Made by a program: the position numbers and the translations under genes | Assembly: GCA_900314775.1 (NCBI GenBank) | Contig: OMWM01000005.1 | Location: 326-64,325 of the forward strand | DNA: 64,000 nucleotides | Source of the DNA: an uncultured Eubacteriales bacterium | GTDB lineage: Bacteria; Bacillota; Clostridia; Lachnospirales; Lachnospiraceae | Direction: 5' to 3' | Shown here: positions 31,338 through 40,646 of the stretch, in pieces | How the letters are laid out: each line of letters starts with the position of its first letter | How positions within the stretch are numbered: position 1 is the stretch's first letter | The notes under the pieces: model-generated | Seen by the model: the letters and a program-made list of their open reading frames with translations, nothing else | What the model was told of the DNA's origin: nothing | Databases searched by the model: none

Positions 31338-32519
31338 ATGTATTTTAAATCTATTCTTGTGAAATATGGCGAAATCGGCATCAAGGGCAAAAATCGCTAT
31401 TTATTTGAAGATGCCCTTATGGACAACATCCGCTTTGCACTGCAGGGCATTGATGCACCGTTTGAAGTGACCAAGGAATCAGGACGCATTCTGGTGACTT
31501 TTGAAGGAACATATGATTATGAAGAAGCTGTCAGCAGACTGACGAAGGTGTTCGGCATCGTCCATATCAGCCCGGTTGTTGTGCTCGAGGACAAGAGTTT
31601 TGATGCCATAGCCAGGACTGTCGGCGATTACATGGAAGAATATTACGGAAAGCCGGATTTTACCTTCAAGGTAATCTGCAAGCGCGCTGACAAGCATTTT
31701 CCGAAGACCTCTATGGAAGCGGCTGCCGATCTGGGCGAGTATCTGCTGGACCGTTTTGACGGTCTGCGTGTGGATGTGCATAAACCGGAAGTCGGGGTGC
31801 ATGTCGAGATCAGAAACTGCGTTTATATCTATTCCGTGGATATTCCGGGACCGGGCGGCATGCCGGTCGGCACGAACGGCCGCGCGACGCTTCTGCTTTC
31901 CGGCGGCATCGACAGTCCGGTGGCGGGCTATATGATCGCAAAGCGCGGCGTGAAAATCGATGCGGTTTATTTTCATGCGCCGCCTTATACGAGCGAACGT
32001 GCAAAGCAGAAGGTGGTCGATCTGGCCAGAATTGTTTCCCGGTATGCGGGACCGATCCGTCTGCACGTGATTAACTTTACGGAGATTCAGCTTGCTATTT
32101 ATGATAAGTGCCCGCATGAAGAACTGACGATTATCATGCGCCGCTACATGATGCGGATAGCGCAGTCGATTGCGCTGGATGAGAAGAGCATGGGACTGAT
32201 TACCGGCGAGAGCATCGGGCAGGTGGCAAGCCAGACGATGCAGAGCCTGATGGCGACGAATGCGGTCTGCACGCTGCCGGTCTACCGTCCGCTGATCGGA
32301 TTTGACAAGAACGATATCGTGGATGTATCGCAGAAAATCGGCACTTATGAGACGTCGATCGAGCCATTTGAGGACTGCTGCACCATTTTCGTGGCAAAAC
32401 ATCCGGTGACCAAGCCGAATGTGCATGCCATTGAGCGGTCAGAGCACCATCTGGCGGATGTCATTGATGAGATGGTAAAGCGGGCACTCGATACACAGGA
32501 AATCATAGAGTGCAGCTGA
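31338..32519 (+). CDS. thiI: tRNA 4-thiouridine(8) synthase ThiI
   Basis: THUMP region plus PP-loop LLSGGIDSPVA; 393 aa, no rhodanese domain, as in Firmicutes. Confidence 0.9.
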   Translation: MYFKSILVKYGEIGIKGKNRYLFEDALMDNIRFALQGIDAPFEVTKESGRILVTFEGTYDYEEAVSRLTKVFGIVHISPVVVLEDKSFDAIARTVGDYMEEYYGKPDFTFKVICKRADKHFPKTSMEAAADLGEYLLDRFDGLRVDVHKPEVGVHVEIRNCVYIYSVDIPGPGGMPVGTNGRATLLLSGGIDSPVAGYMIAKRGVKIDAVYFHAPPYTSERAKQKVVDLARIVSRYAGPIRLHVINFTEIQLAIYDKCPHEELTIIMRRYMMRIAQSIALDEKSMGLITGESIGQVASQTMQSLMATNAVCTLPVYRPLIGFDKNDIVDVSQKIGTYETSIEPFEDCCTIFVAKHPVTKPNVHAIERSEHHLADVIDEMVKRALDTQEIIECS

Positions 32520-32596
32520 TGGCAGAAGGACTGCGGCGCAAGGCGGCAAAGCGTGCGGCGCAGTCTGCCTGAAAATCTGCATACACTTATAAAAAA

Positions 32597-32621
32597 AGAG
32601 CCTTCCCTGCCGAGAAGGCTC
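32597..32621 (-). terminator. intrinsic terminator of the minus-strand HPr-like gene
   Basis: Stem GAGCCTTC / GAAGGCTC; on the minus strand it is followed by T7 (A7 on the plus strand at 32591-32597). Confidence 0.75.
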
Positions 32622-32644
32622 AAATCATTAACTGTTGATTGATA

Positions 32645-32878
32645 TTATACAATGTAAGGCTTCAGAGCTTCCATGATCTCCGGCATCTCATCGCTGTCAT
32701 GGATGGTCAGTGTCAGCTCCCTTGAAAGGTCGATACTGAAAATTCCCATGATCGACTTTGCGTCGATGATGTAGCGGCCGGAACTAAGGTCAAAGTCTGT
32801 TTTGAAGCGATTGACGGTGTTCACGAAATCTCTGATCTTATCAATAGAATCAAGGCGAATCTGGACATCTTTATTCAT
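32645..32878 (-). CDS. HPr-family protein lacking the His15 phosphorylation site (Crh-like)
   Basis: 77-aa ORF; GGAGG SD; HPr fold signature with conserved Ser46 region IDAKSIMGIFS, but the GIHARPA motif is replaced by SIDKIRDF. Confidence 0.75.
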   Translation of the reverse strand: MNKDVQIRLDSIDKIRDFVNTVNRFKTDFDLSSGRYIIDAKSIMGIFSIDLSRELTLTIHDSDEMPEIMEALKPYIV

Positions 32879-32915
32879 AATAAACCTCCTGTACAGTCAA
32901 GCATGATACAATTTA

Positions 32916-32944
32916 ATAGTACATTTGTGACTGCCAAAAGTCAA
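32916..32944 (-). promoter_or_regulatory. putative sigma-A promoter of the HPr-like gene
   Basis: On the minus strand TTGACT - 17 nt - TACTAT about 35 nt upstream of the ATG. Confidence 0.5.
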
Positions 32945-32973
32945 GAAGACTGCACGGAGGTCCGGAGGCATTT

Positions 32974-34350
32974 ATGGGAAAAAGTGTGGCGTTTTATACG
33001 CTTGGCTGCAAGGTCAACCATTACGAGACGCAGGCAATGCGTGAACTTTTCATGCAGGCTGGCTATGAGATAAAGGATTTTGAGGACAGTGCCGATATTT
33101 ATGTGATCAATACCTGCACGGTGACCAATATTGCAGACCGCAAATCGCGTCAGATGCTGCACAGGGCGAAGAAGAGAAATCCGGATGCGGTAGTGGCGGC
33201 GGTCGGCTGCTATGCACAGGGCGATGCCGATCAGCTTGCGCTGGATGATGCGGTGGACCTCGTTGTGGGCAATGACCGCAAGGGAGAGATTGTCCGCCTT
33301 GTCGAAAATGAAATCGAGAACCGGCAGGGTGCGGCGGACGAGGAACTGCTGGATATCAATGCTGTGCGCACCTATGAACCGCTGCAGATTTCCGGTACGG
33401 CGGACCAGACCCGTGTCTACATCAAGATCCAGGACGGCTGCAACCAGTTCTGTTCTTACTGCCGGATTCCCTATGTCCGGGGGCGTGTCCGTTCCCGCTC
33501 GGAAGAGGATATCGTGCAGGAAGTGCAGCGCTTCGCCGGAATGGGCTTTCAGGAAGCCGTTCTGACAGGCATCCATATCAGCTCCTATGGCATGCAGACA
33601 CCGGATGCCGGTGCAGCGCCCGGGCAGCATGATTACCGTCCGGACGGCAGCCGGCTGATCGATCTGATCGAAGCCGTCGACAGGGTCAGCGGAATCCGGC
33701 GGATCCGCCTCGGCTCGCTGGAACCGCGGATCATTACCGAAGATTTTCTGCAAAGGCTGTCCGCGGTAAAGAGCATCTGCCCGCATTTTCATCTGTCGCT
33801 GCAAAGCGGCTGCGACAGTGTGCTCCGGCGTATGAACAGAAAATATACCACGGCGCTTTTTGCAGAGAAATGTGCGCTGATCCGTAAGTATTTTCACGCG
33901 CCTGCGATCACGACGGATGTGATCGTCGGATTTCCGGGAGAGACGGAGGAGGAATTCGCACAGACCGTTCGCTTTCTGTCCGGTATTCAGTTTGAGAGCA
34001 TGCATATTTTCCGGTACTCCCGCCGCGACGGGACGAAGGCCGCAGCGATGCCGGGGCAGGTCGACCCGCAGATCATGGCGCAGCGAAGCGACGTGCTGCT
34101 GGAGCTGTCCGCTTCCATGCATGAAGATTTTGTGGAGCGCCATAAGGACGATGTGCTCGAGGTCCTGCTGGAGGAGAAAATCGAGGAAGACGGCATTGCA
34201 TACATGTGCGGGCACAGCCGGAATTATCTGAAGTGCCTGTTTCCGGCAGAAGGGCTTGCACCCAATCAGATTGTCTGCGGCAGGATTCAGGGCATGAGGG
34301 GAGATGCCGTGCTTTGCGCTCTGACAGAGGAGAAACCGCAGCTTCCCTGA
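32974..34350 (+). CDS. mtaB: tRNA t6A37 methylthiotransferase MtaB
   Basis: UPF0004 N-domain (YTLGCKVN), radical SAM GCNQFCSYCRIP, TRAM-like C-terminus; equivalent of B. subtilis yqeV downstream of rsmE. Confidence 0.9.
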   Translation: MGKSVAFYTLGCKVNHYETQAMRELFMQAGYEIKDFEDSADIYVINTCTVTNIADRKSRQMLHRAKKRNPDAVVAAVGCYAQGDADQLALDDAVDLVVGNDRKGEIVRLVENEIENRQGAADEELLDINAVRTYEPLQISGTADQTRVYIKIQDGCNQFCSYCRIPYVRGRVRSRSEEDIVQEVQRFAGMGFQEAVLTGIHISSYGMQTPDAGAAPGQHDYRPDGSRLIDLIEAVDRVSGIRRIRLGSLEPRIITEDFLQRLSAVKSICPHFHLSLQSGCDSVLRRMNRKYTTALFAEKCALIRKYFHAPAITTDVIVGFPGETEEEFAQTVRFLSGIQFESMHIFRYSRRDGTKAAAMPGQVDPQIMAQRSDVLLELSASMHEDFVERHKDDVLEVLLEEKIEEDGIAYMCGHSRNYLKCLFPAEGLAPNQIVCGRIQGMRGDAVLCALTEEKPQLP

Positions 34351-34360
34351 AAATGATATT

Positions 34361-34389
34361 TTGACACCGTAAACGTTTTATATTACAAT
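34361..34389 (+). promoter_or_regulatory. putative sigma-A promoter of ireB-ruvX unit
   Basis: TTGACA - 17 nt - TACAAT. Confidence 0.6.
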
Positions 34390-34442
34390 AAAATTAACTA
34401 TGGAAATTTGTCAGTCTGTTTCTGACGGAGGGACGTGAAGTT

Positions 34443-34700
34443 TTGAGCGACAATAATACACAGTATTTTAATGTCAACAATGAGTCAGATCTCAAGGTGA
34501 GAGATATACTGGAAGCAGTTTACATTGCCCTGACAGAAAAGGGATATAATCCTGTTAACCAGATTGTAGGTTATATCATGTCCGGTGACCCTACCTATAT
34601 CACCAGCTATAAGAATGCCCGGTCGCTGATTATGAAGGTGGAGCGCGATGAGATTCTTGAGGAACTTCTCAACAATTACATCGAAGTGAATATGAAATAA
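34443..34700 (+). CDS. ireB: IreB-family regulatory phosphoprotein (UPF0297, YrzL-like)
   Basis: 85-aa ORF with family pattern ..[26 protein letters not shown]..; TTG start after GGAGGGA; conserved position before ruvX. Confidence 0.85.
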   Translation: MSDNNTQYFNVNNESDLKVRDILEAVYIALTEKGYNPVNQIVGYIMSGDPTYITSYKNARSLIMKVERDEILEELLNNYIEVNMK

Positions 34701-34701
34701 C

Positions 34702-35133
34702 ATGAGAATACTAGGACTGGATTACGGCTCCAGAACAGTCGGCGTGGCGGTGAGCGACCCTCTGCTTCTCACCGCGCAGGGCCTGGAGACGATTACGCGC
34801 GAGCGGGAGTCGCATCTTCGCCGTACCTATGCCCGGATCGAGGAACTGATCCGCGAATATCAGGTGGAACGTATTGTGCTCGGCTATCCGAAGAATATGA
34901 ACGATACGGAAGGAGAGCGCGTGCAGAAGACGAAGGAATTCCGGGATGCATTGGAACGCAGAACCGGTCTTGATGTGGTGCTCTGGGATGAGCGGCTCAG
35001 TACGGTCGCTTCCGAGAGAACTCTTATAGAAGGCGGCGTGCGGCGCGAGAACAGGAAGAAGTATGTAGATAAACTTGCCGCAGTCTGGATCCTGCAGGGG
35101 TATCTGGACAGTTTGCGTGCAGACAGGAGATAG
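34702..35133 (+). CDS. ruvX: Holliday junction resolvase-like nuclease RuvX/YqgF
   Basis: 143-aa [22 protein letters not shown].. (YqgF RNase H-like fold). Confidence 0.9.
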   Translation: MRILGLDYGSRTVGVAVSDPLLLTAQGLETITRERESHLRRTYARIEELIREYQVERIVLGYPKNMNDTEGERVQKTKEFRDALERRTGLDVVLWDERLSTVASERTLIEGGVRRENRKKYVDKLAAVWILQGYLDSLRADRR

Positions 35134-35135
35134 GC

Positions 35136-35393
35136 TTGGCAGACAGCAGAAAGATAACTTTAACAGCGGACAACGAAGAAATTGAACTTTACATCATTGA
35201 GCAGACCATGATCGGCAATGTGAATTACATACTGGCTTCGGAGGCGGAAGAGGGAGATTCGGATGCTTATATACTGAAGCAGACCGGGTCAGAAACCGAT
35301 GAGGCTGTGTATGAATTTGTAGAAGATGAAGAGGAACTGACCTCGATATCACGGATTTTTGAACAGCTGCTTGACGATGTGGAATTTTCCTGA
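35136..35393 (+). CDS. DUF1292 protein (YrzB-like)
   Basis: 85-aa acidic protein in the conserved position after ruvX; TTG start. Confidence 0.75.
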   Translation: MADSRKITLTADNEEIELYIIEQTMIGNVNYILASEAEEGDSDAYILKQTGSETDEAVYEFVEDEEELTSISRIFEQLLDDVEFS

Positions 35394-35432
35394 TTTTCCG
35401 GGATCAGGACGGATTGATACGCAGAGCCTCAG

Positions 35433-35921
35433 ATGGAGGAAACGATGATGGATAACAACACGGTCAGCTACAGTGACATACTGAGAGAAAGCGGTCTCAG
35501 GGTAACACCGCAGCGTCTGGCGATTATAGACGTTTTTCTCGAGAGACCAGGCCAGCATATGACGGCGGAGGAAATCTACAATTATGTGCAGGAGAAGGCC
35601 CCGAAAACCGGTATTGCCACGGTATACCGCAATATTGAGATGCTTGCGGATATGCATGTGCTCGACCGTCTGAACCTGAACGACGGATATGTACGCTACG
35701 AGCTGGGCGATCCTGCCGGCAGCGGCCGCCATCATCACCATCATCATATGATCTGTCTGGGATGCGGAAGAGTCTTTGCCTTTGACAAGGATCTTCTCGA
35801 GAATCTGGAAGAGAGCATCCGCGAGGATACCGGCTTCCAGGTGACGGATCATGAAGTCAAACTGTACGGATACTGCCGTGAATGTCTTGAGAAACAGAAG
35901 AACGAGAAGAACGGGCAGTAG
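35433..35921 (+). CDS. Fur-family transcriptional regulator (metal or peroxide type not assignable)
   Basis: N-terminal winged helix (RVTPQRLAIIDVF), C-terminal CxxC pairs (CLGCG, CRECL) and a His6 run. Confidence 0.85.
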   Translation: MEETMMDNNTVSYSDILRESGLRVTPQRLAIIDVFLERPGQHMTAEEIYNYVQEKAPKTGIATVYRNIEMLADMHVLDRLNLNDGYVRYELGDPAGSGRHHHHHHMICLGCGRVFAFDKDLLENLEESIREDTGFQVTDHEVKLYGYCRECLEKQKNEKNGQ

Positions 35922-35960
35922 ACTGTGCCTCCTGGAAGATTGTTCAGTTGGGAGGAAACA

Positions 35961-37631
35961 TTGAACAGAACCAGAAAAAAGAATAAGAGCATCAAAATCA
36001 TCCCTCTGGGCGGACTTGAACATATCGGTATGAATACTACCTGCTTTGAGTACGGGGATGACATTATTGTGGTGGACTGCGGCATGGCATTTCCTGAGGA
36101 AGGCATGCTGGGCGTTGACCTTGTCATTCCGGATATTACGTATCTGCGGGAGAATATTGACCGTGTCCGTGGCTTTATCATCACGCACGGACATGAGGAT
36201 CATATCGGCGCACTGCCGTATGTACTCAATGTAGTCAACAAGCCGGTCTATGCGACCAAGCTGACGATGGGTATTATCGAGAAGAAGCTCGATGAGCACG
36301 ATCTTCTTGATACAACGCAGCGGATCATTGTAAAGCATGGCGATGTGATCAATCTTGGCTGCTTTACCATCGAATTTATCAAGACGAATCACAGTATTTC
36401 CGATGCGACGGCACTGGCCATTACGTCACCGGCCGGTACGATTGTGCACACCGGCGACTTCAAGATTGACTACACGCCGGTATACGGAGAGATGATAGAC
36501 CTGACCCGTTTCGCCGAACTCGGCAAACAGGGCGTGCTCGCATTGATGTGCGACAGCACCAATGCCGAGAAACCTGGCTTTACCCAGTCGGAGAGGACGG
36601 TCGGGAGAAAAATAAAATCGATTTTCGATGAACACGAGAAGGGGCGGATTATCATCGCCACCTTTGCCTCCAATGTGGACCGTGTTCAGCAGATCATCAA
36701 CGCAGCCTATGAGCATGGCCGCAAGGTTATTGTGGAAGGCCGCAGCATGGTCAATTATATTACCGTTGCCACGGAGCTCGGCTATCTGAAGATGCCGGAG
36801 AATACCCTGATTGATATTCAGGATATGAACAATTATCCGGACGACCGGCTTGTCCTGATCACAACAGGAAGCCAGGGCGAGACGATGGCCGCGCTGTCGA
36901 GAATGGCAGCGGACACGCACAAGAAGGTCAAGATCAAACCGGGCGACACGATTGTATTCAGTTCGTCGCCGATTCCGGGCAATGAGAAGGCCGTAACCAA
37001 CGTGATCAACGAACTGTACCGGAAGGGCGCAGAAGTCATTTTCCAGGACACCCATGTTTCCGGACATGCGCGTCAGGAAGAGATCAAGCTGATCTATGCG
37101 CTGACAAAACCGCTTTATGCGATACCGGTTCACGGCGAGTACAAGCACCTGCGTGCGGGCGCTGAGATTGCGCGTACGATGGGCTACGATGACGATCACA
37201 TCCTCATCCTGTCCTCAGGCGATGTCCTGCAGCTGAGCAGAGACAATGCGCAGGTTGTCGGACACGTGCAGCACGGAACCGTGATGGTGGATGGCCTTGG
37301 CATCGGCGATGTCGGCAATATTGTTCTGCGCGACCGTCAGATGCTTTCGCAGAACGGCCTGATCATCGTCACCATGACACTGGAGAAGCATACGAACAAG
37401 ATGCTGGCCGGACCGGAGATCATTTCCAGAGGCTTTGTATATGTACGGGAGTCAGAGGCATTGATTGAGGACTGCCGCCGTGTGGCTGAGGAAGCCTATA
37501 CGAAGTGCATGGACAATGAGGTCACGGACTGGAACAGAATCAAGGGACAGATCCGTAATGATCTGAGCGATTACCTGTGGCGTGAGACACGGCGCAATCC
37601 GATGATCCTTACGATTATAATGGAAGTATAA
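35961..37631 (+). CDS. rnj: ribonuclease J
   Basis: Beta-lactamase/beta-CASP motifs (IIPLGGLEHIGMN, THGHEDHIGALP); start placed at TTG 35961 (GGGAGG 5 nt upstream); ORF-track GTG 35925 is an alternative. Confidence 0.9.
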   Translation: MNRTRKKNKSIKIIPLGGLEHIGMNTTCFEYGDDIIVVDCGMAFPEEGMLGVDLVIPDITYLRENIDRVRGFIITHGHEDHIGALPYVLNVVNKPVYATKLTMGIIEKKLDEHDLLDTTQRIIVKHGDVINLGCFTIEFIKTNHSISDATALAITSPAGTIVHTGDFKIDYTPVYGEMIDLTRFAELGKQGVLALMCDSTNAEKPGFTQSERTVGRKIKSIFDEHEKGRIIIATFASNVDRVQQIINAAYEHGRKVIVEGRSMVNYITVATELGYLKMPENTLIDIQDMNNYPDDRLVLITTGSQGETMAALSRMAADTHKKVKIKPGDTIVFSSSPIPGNEKAVTNVINELYRKGAEVIFQDTHVSGHARQEEIKLIYALTKPLYAIPVHGEYKHLRAGAEIARTMGYDDDHILILSSGDVLQLSRDNAQVVGHVQHGTVMVDGLGIGDVGNIVLRDRQMLSQNGLIIVTMTLEKHTNKMLAGPEIISRGFVYVRESEALIEDCRRVAEEAYTKCMDNEVTDWNRIKGQIRNDLSDYLWRETRRNPMILTIIMEV

Positions 37632-37662
37632 AACTATAAAAAGATCCGCGGAGGACTTAATT

Positions 37663-38046
37663 TTGAAGAAGATATTCATAGGACCGGTCAGCATAGGAGT
37701 TAATGTTATTATCTATATTCTGATCGCAGTGGTCGCTGTGCGTCTGGTAACTTACGCATATCAGTTTTCATATGATGTATTCAGTGATCAGGCTGTTGCA
37801 GAGGACTCGGATGAGCAGGTAACCGTGGAGATTACAGAAGGCATGACGGCGAAGGATATTGGCGAACTTCTGGAATCCAAAGGCCTCGTGAAGAGTGCAC
37901 GCGTGTTTGAGTATCATACGAAGTTTTCACAGTACAAGGATCAGATTCAGCCTGGTACCTATGAGCTCAGCCCGTCCATGACCATGGACGATATGCTGCG
38001 TGTCATCTGCAATGTTCAGGATTCCGAGGAAGATGCTGTATATTGA
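37663..38046 (+). CDS. membrane-anchored MltG/YceG N-terminal-domain protein (catalytic domain absent)
   Basis: 127-aa ORF; TM helix then MltG N-lobe pattern VTVEITEGMTAKDIGELLESKGLV..IQPGTYELSPSMTMDDML; sits where mltG (yrrL) lies in Bacillus synteny; TTG start with GGAGG 8 nt upstream. Confidence 0.6.
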   Translation: MKKIFIGPVSIGVNVIIYILIAVVAVRLVTYAYQFSYDVFSDQAVAEDSDEQVTVEITEGMTAKDIGELLESKGLVKSARVFEYHTKFSQYKDQIQPGTYELSPSMTMDDMLRVICNVQDSEEDAVY

Positions 38047-38092
38047 GCCGCGGCTTATTAGGCGCCAGCGGCGCTGATGCAGAAAATGTTAT

Positions 38093-38122
38093 CTGCCGGG
38101 CTTTGCGGTCCGGCAGCTTTTA
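38093..38122 (+). terminator. intrinsic terminator after mltG-like gene
   Basis: Stem CTGCCGG / CCGGCAG with further inner pairs, followed by CTTTTAT. Confidence 0.65.
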
Positions 38123-38134
38123 TGTTACAGGTAT

Positions 38135-38779
38135 ATGATTACAGATAAGAGATTTGCTGATTACATCCGCTCACTCGAACCGGAAAGTTCACCGCTTCTG
38201 CAGGAGATCGCCGGGAAGGCGCGGGCGGAGCGGGTGCCGATTATCCGGCCGGAGACGGCACCGCTTCTGACGCTGATGCTGGATATGACGAGACCGCAGC
38301 GCGTGCTGGAGATTGGCACGGCGGTCGGCTATTCGGCACTGCTGATGTGCGGCCATCTGCCGCCGCAGGGACACATTACGACGATTGAAAATTACGATAA
38401 GCGGATCGTGCAGGCGCGTGCGAATTTCCGGCGCGCCGGCCTTGAAGACAGGATCGAACTTCTCGAGGGCGATGCCTGCCAGATACTTCCGGAACTGGAA
38501 GGCCCGTACGACTTTGTATTTATGGATGCGGCGAAAGGACAGTATATCCACTATCTGCCGGATACGCTGCGTCTGCTGCGCACGGGCGGCGTCCTGTTTG
38601 CCGATAATGTGCTGCAGGAAGGCGATGTGATTCAGTCGCGGTATGCGATGAAGCGGCGCGACCGCACGATTCATGCACGTATGCGGCAGTTTCTGTGGGA
38701 GATCAAACACAATGAGCAGCTGCGCACAAGTGTGATCACACTTGGCGACGGTGTATCAATCAGCTATAAAATCAATTGA
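38135..38779 (+). CDS. SAM-dependent O-methyltransferase, YrrM/TrmR-like
   Basis: 214-aa class I methyltransferase (VLEIGTAVGYSAL, FMDAAK); conserved position before the U32 peptidase gene. Confidence 0.8.
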   Translation: MITDKRFADYIRSLEPESSPLLQEIAGKARAERVPIIRPETAPLLTLMLDMTRPQRVLEIGTAVGYSALLMCGHLPPQGHITTIENYDKRIVQARANFRRAGLEDRIELLEGDACQILPELEGPYDFVFMDAAKGQYIHYLPDTLRLLRTGGVLFADNVLQEGDVIQSRYAMKRRDRTIHARMRQFLWEIKHNEQLRTSVITLGDGVSISYKIN

Positions 38780-38793
38780 CTTGGGAAGGTACT

Positions 38794-40032
38794 ATGAATA
38801 AAATCGAACTTCTGGCTCCGGCGAGCAGTCCGGAAGTCCTGGAAACAGCCGTCATTTACGGCGCTGATGCAGTTTATATCGGCGGAGAGGCATACAGCCT
38901 GCGCGCCAGATCCACGAATTTCACGATGGAACAGATGACCTCGTCCATCCGTTTTGCACATGAGCACGGCGTCAAGGTCTATGTGACAGCCAACATTCTT
39001 GCACATAACGGCGACCTGAACGGTGTGCGGGCATATTTTGAGGAGCTGAAGACGGCACAGCCGGATGCGCTGCTGATTTCCGATCCCGGCGTCTTCGACA
39101 TCTGCCGTGAGGTCCTGCCGGATATGGAGATCCATATCAGCACGCAGGCCAATAACACCAATTACGGCACATTCAATTTCTGGCACCGTCTCGGCGCGAA
39201 GCGTGTCGTTTGCGCCAGAGAGCTTTCTCTGCGCGAGATCAGGACAATCCGGGGGAATATCAGCCCGGATATGGATATCGAGGCATTTGTGCACGGCGCC
39301 ATGTGCATTTCCTATTCCGGCCGATGCCTGCTGAGCAACTATTTTACAGGCAGAGATGCCAACCGCGGTGCGTGCACGCATCCGTGCCGGTGGCGCTATG
39401 CGGTCGCCGAGGAGACGCGGCCGGGCGAATATCTGCCGGTTTATGAAAATGAGCGCGGCACCTTTATTTTTAACTCAAAGGATCTGTGCATGGTTGAGCA
39501 TATCCCGGATCTGATCGATGCCGGCATCAACAGCTTCAAGATCGAGGGGCGGATGAAAAATGCGAATTATGTGGCGGTGACGGTGCGGACGTACCGCCAG
39601 GCCATCGACGATTATCTGAAGGATCCGGCTCTTTATGAGCGGAATCTGGACCATTACAGAGCGGAAATCGCCAAATGCACCTATCGTCCTTTTACGACCG
39701 GCTTTTACTACGGAAAGCCGTCGCAGGAGGAACAGATCTACGACAGCAATACCTATAATACCGGCTATACTTTTCTCGGCATTATCGACAGCTTTAACGA
39801 ACAGGGGCTGCCGGGATTCCTGCAGAAAAACAAGTTCTGCGTCGGCGATGTGATTGAAGTCATGCGTCCGGACGGCCGCGACGAGGCATTCACGGTGCGT
39901 GCGATGTATGACGGGGAGGGCAATGCCATTGACAGCTGTCCGCATCCCAAACAGCGGATTTATATCGATCCGGGCATCACTCTGCAGGCACACGACATAC
40001 TCAGAAGAGAAGGCGACAGGGAGGAAGGCTGA
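38794..40032 (+). CDS. peptidase U32 family protein (YrrO/TrhP-like)
   Basis: N-terminus MNKIELLAPA..GADAVYIGG.. and U32 core (E..HGAMCISYSGRCLLS); start ATG 38794 after GGAAGG. Confidence 0.85.
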   Translation: MNKIELLAPASSPEVLETAVIYGADAVYIGGEAYSLRARSTNFTMEQMTSSIRFAHEHGVKVYVTANILAHNGDLNGVRAYFEELKTAQPDALLISDPGVFDICREVLPDMEIHISTQANNTNYGTFNFWHRLGAKRVVCARELSLREIRTIRGNISPDMDIEAFVHGAMCISYSGRCLLSNYFTGRDANRGACTHPCRWRYAVAEETRPGEYLPVYENERGTFIFNSKDLCMVEHIPDLIDAGINSFKIEGRMKNANYVAVTVRTYRQAIDDYLKDPALYERNLDHYRAEIAKCTYRPFTTGFYYGKPSQEEQIYDSNTYNTGYTFLGIIDSFNEQGLPGFLQKNKFCVGDVIEVMRPDGRDEAFTVRAMYDGEGNAIDSCPHPKQRIYIDPGITLQAHDILRREGDREEG

Positions 40033-40598
40033 TGTTTGAAGCTTTTTACCCGGATTACTGGTGCCGTTCGACTTATGACATCGATTTTCAGAAGCTCTCT
40101 GATGGCGGCGTGCGCGGCATCATCTTTGATATAGACAATACGCTGGTGCCGCACGGGGCGCCGGCGGATGAACGGGCAGAGGCACTTTTTGCAAAGCTGA
40201 AAGAAATCGGCCTGCACAGCTGCCTTGTCTCCAACAACCGCCGCAGAAGAGTGGAGATGTTTAACCGCAATATCGGGACGGATATCGTCTGCCTGGCCAA
40301 TAAACCTTTTAAGGGCGGCTATATCCGGGCGATGGAGAAGATGGGAACGGACGCGGAGAGTACGGTCTGCATCGGCGATCAGCTGTTTACCGATATCTGG
40401 GGTGCCAACAGAATTGGCATCCGCAGCATTCTGGTAAGTCCGATCAATCCGAAGGAGGAGATTCAGATTATTCTGAAGCGGCTGCCGGAGCGCGCTGTAC
40501 TGCGCAGATTCCGGAAAACGGCTGCAGAGAAGATCAGGACATCCTCCGGCACCGTCTGGAAAAGACGTGGACTGCCGGACGGCAGGGGTGGACTTTGA
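40032..40598 (+). CDS. yqeG: YqeG-family HAD-IIIA phosphatase
   Basis: 188-aa ORF with GIIFDIDNTLVPH and SNN..GDQLFTD motifs. Confidence 0.85.
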   Translation: MFEAFYPDYWCRSTYDIDFQKLSDGGVRGIIFDIDNTLVPHGAPADERAEALFAKLKEIGLHSCLVSNNRRRRVEMFNRNIGTDIVCLANKPFKGGYIRAMEKMGTDAESTVCIGDQLFTDIWGANRIGIRSILVSPINPKEEIQIILKRLPERAVLRRFRKTAAEKIRTSSGTVWKRRGLPDGRGGL

Positions 40599-40646
40599 TT
40601 CACCGACTGCGCTATAATATATTCCTGATATCAGGAGGATATTTTA

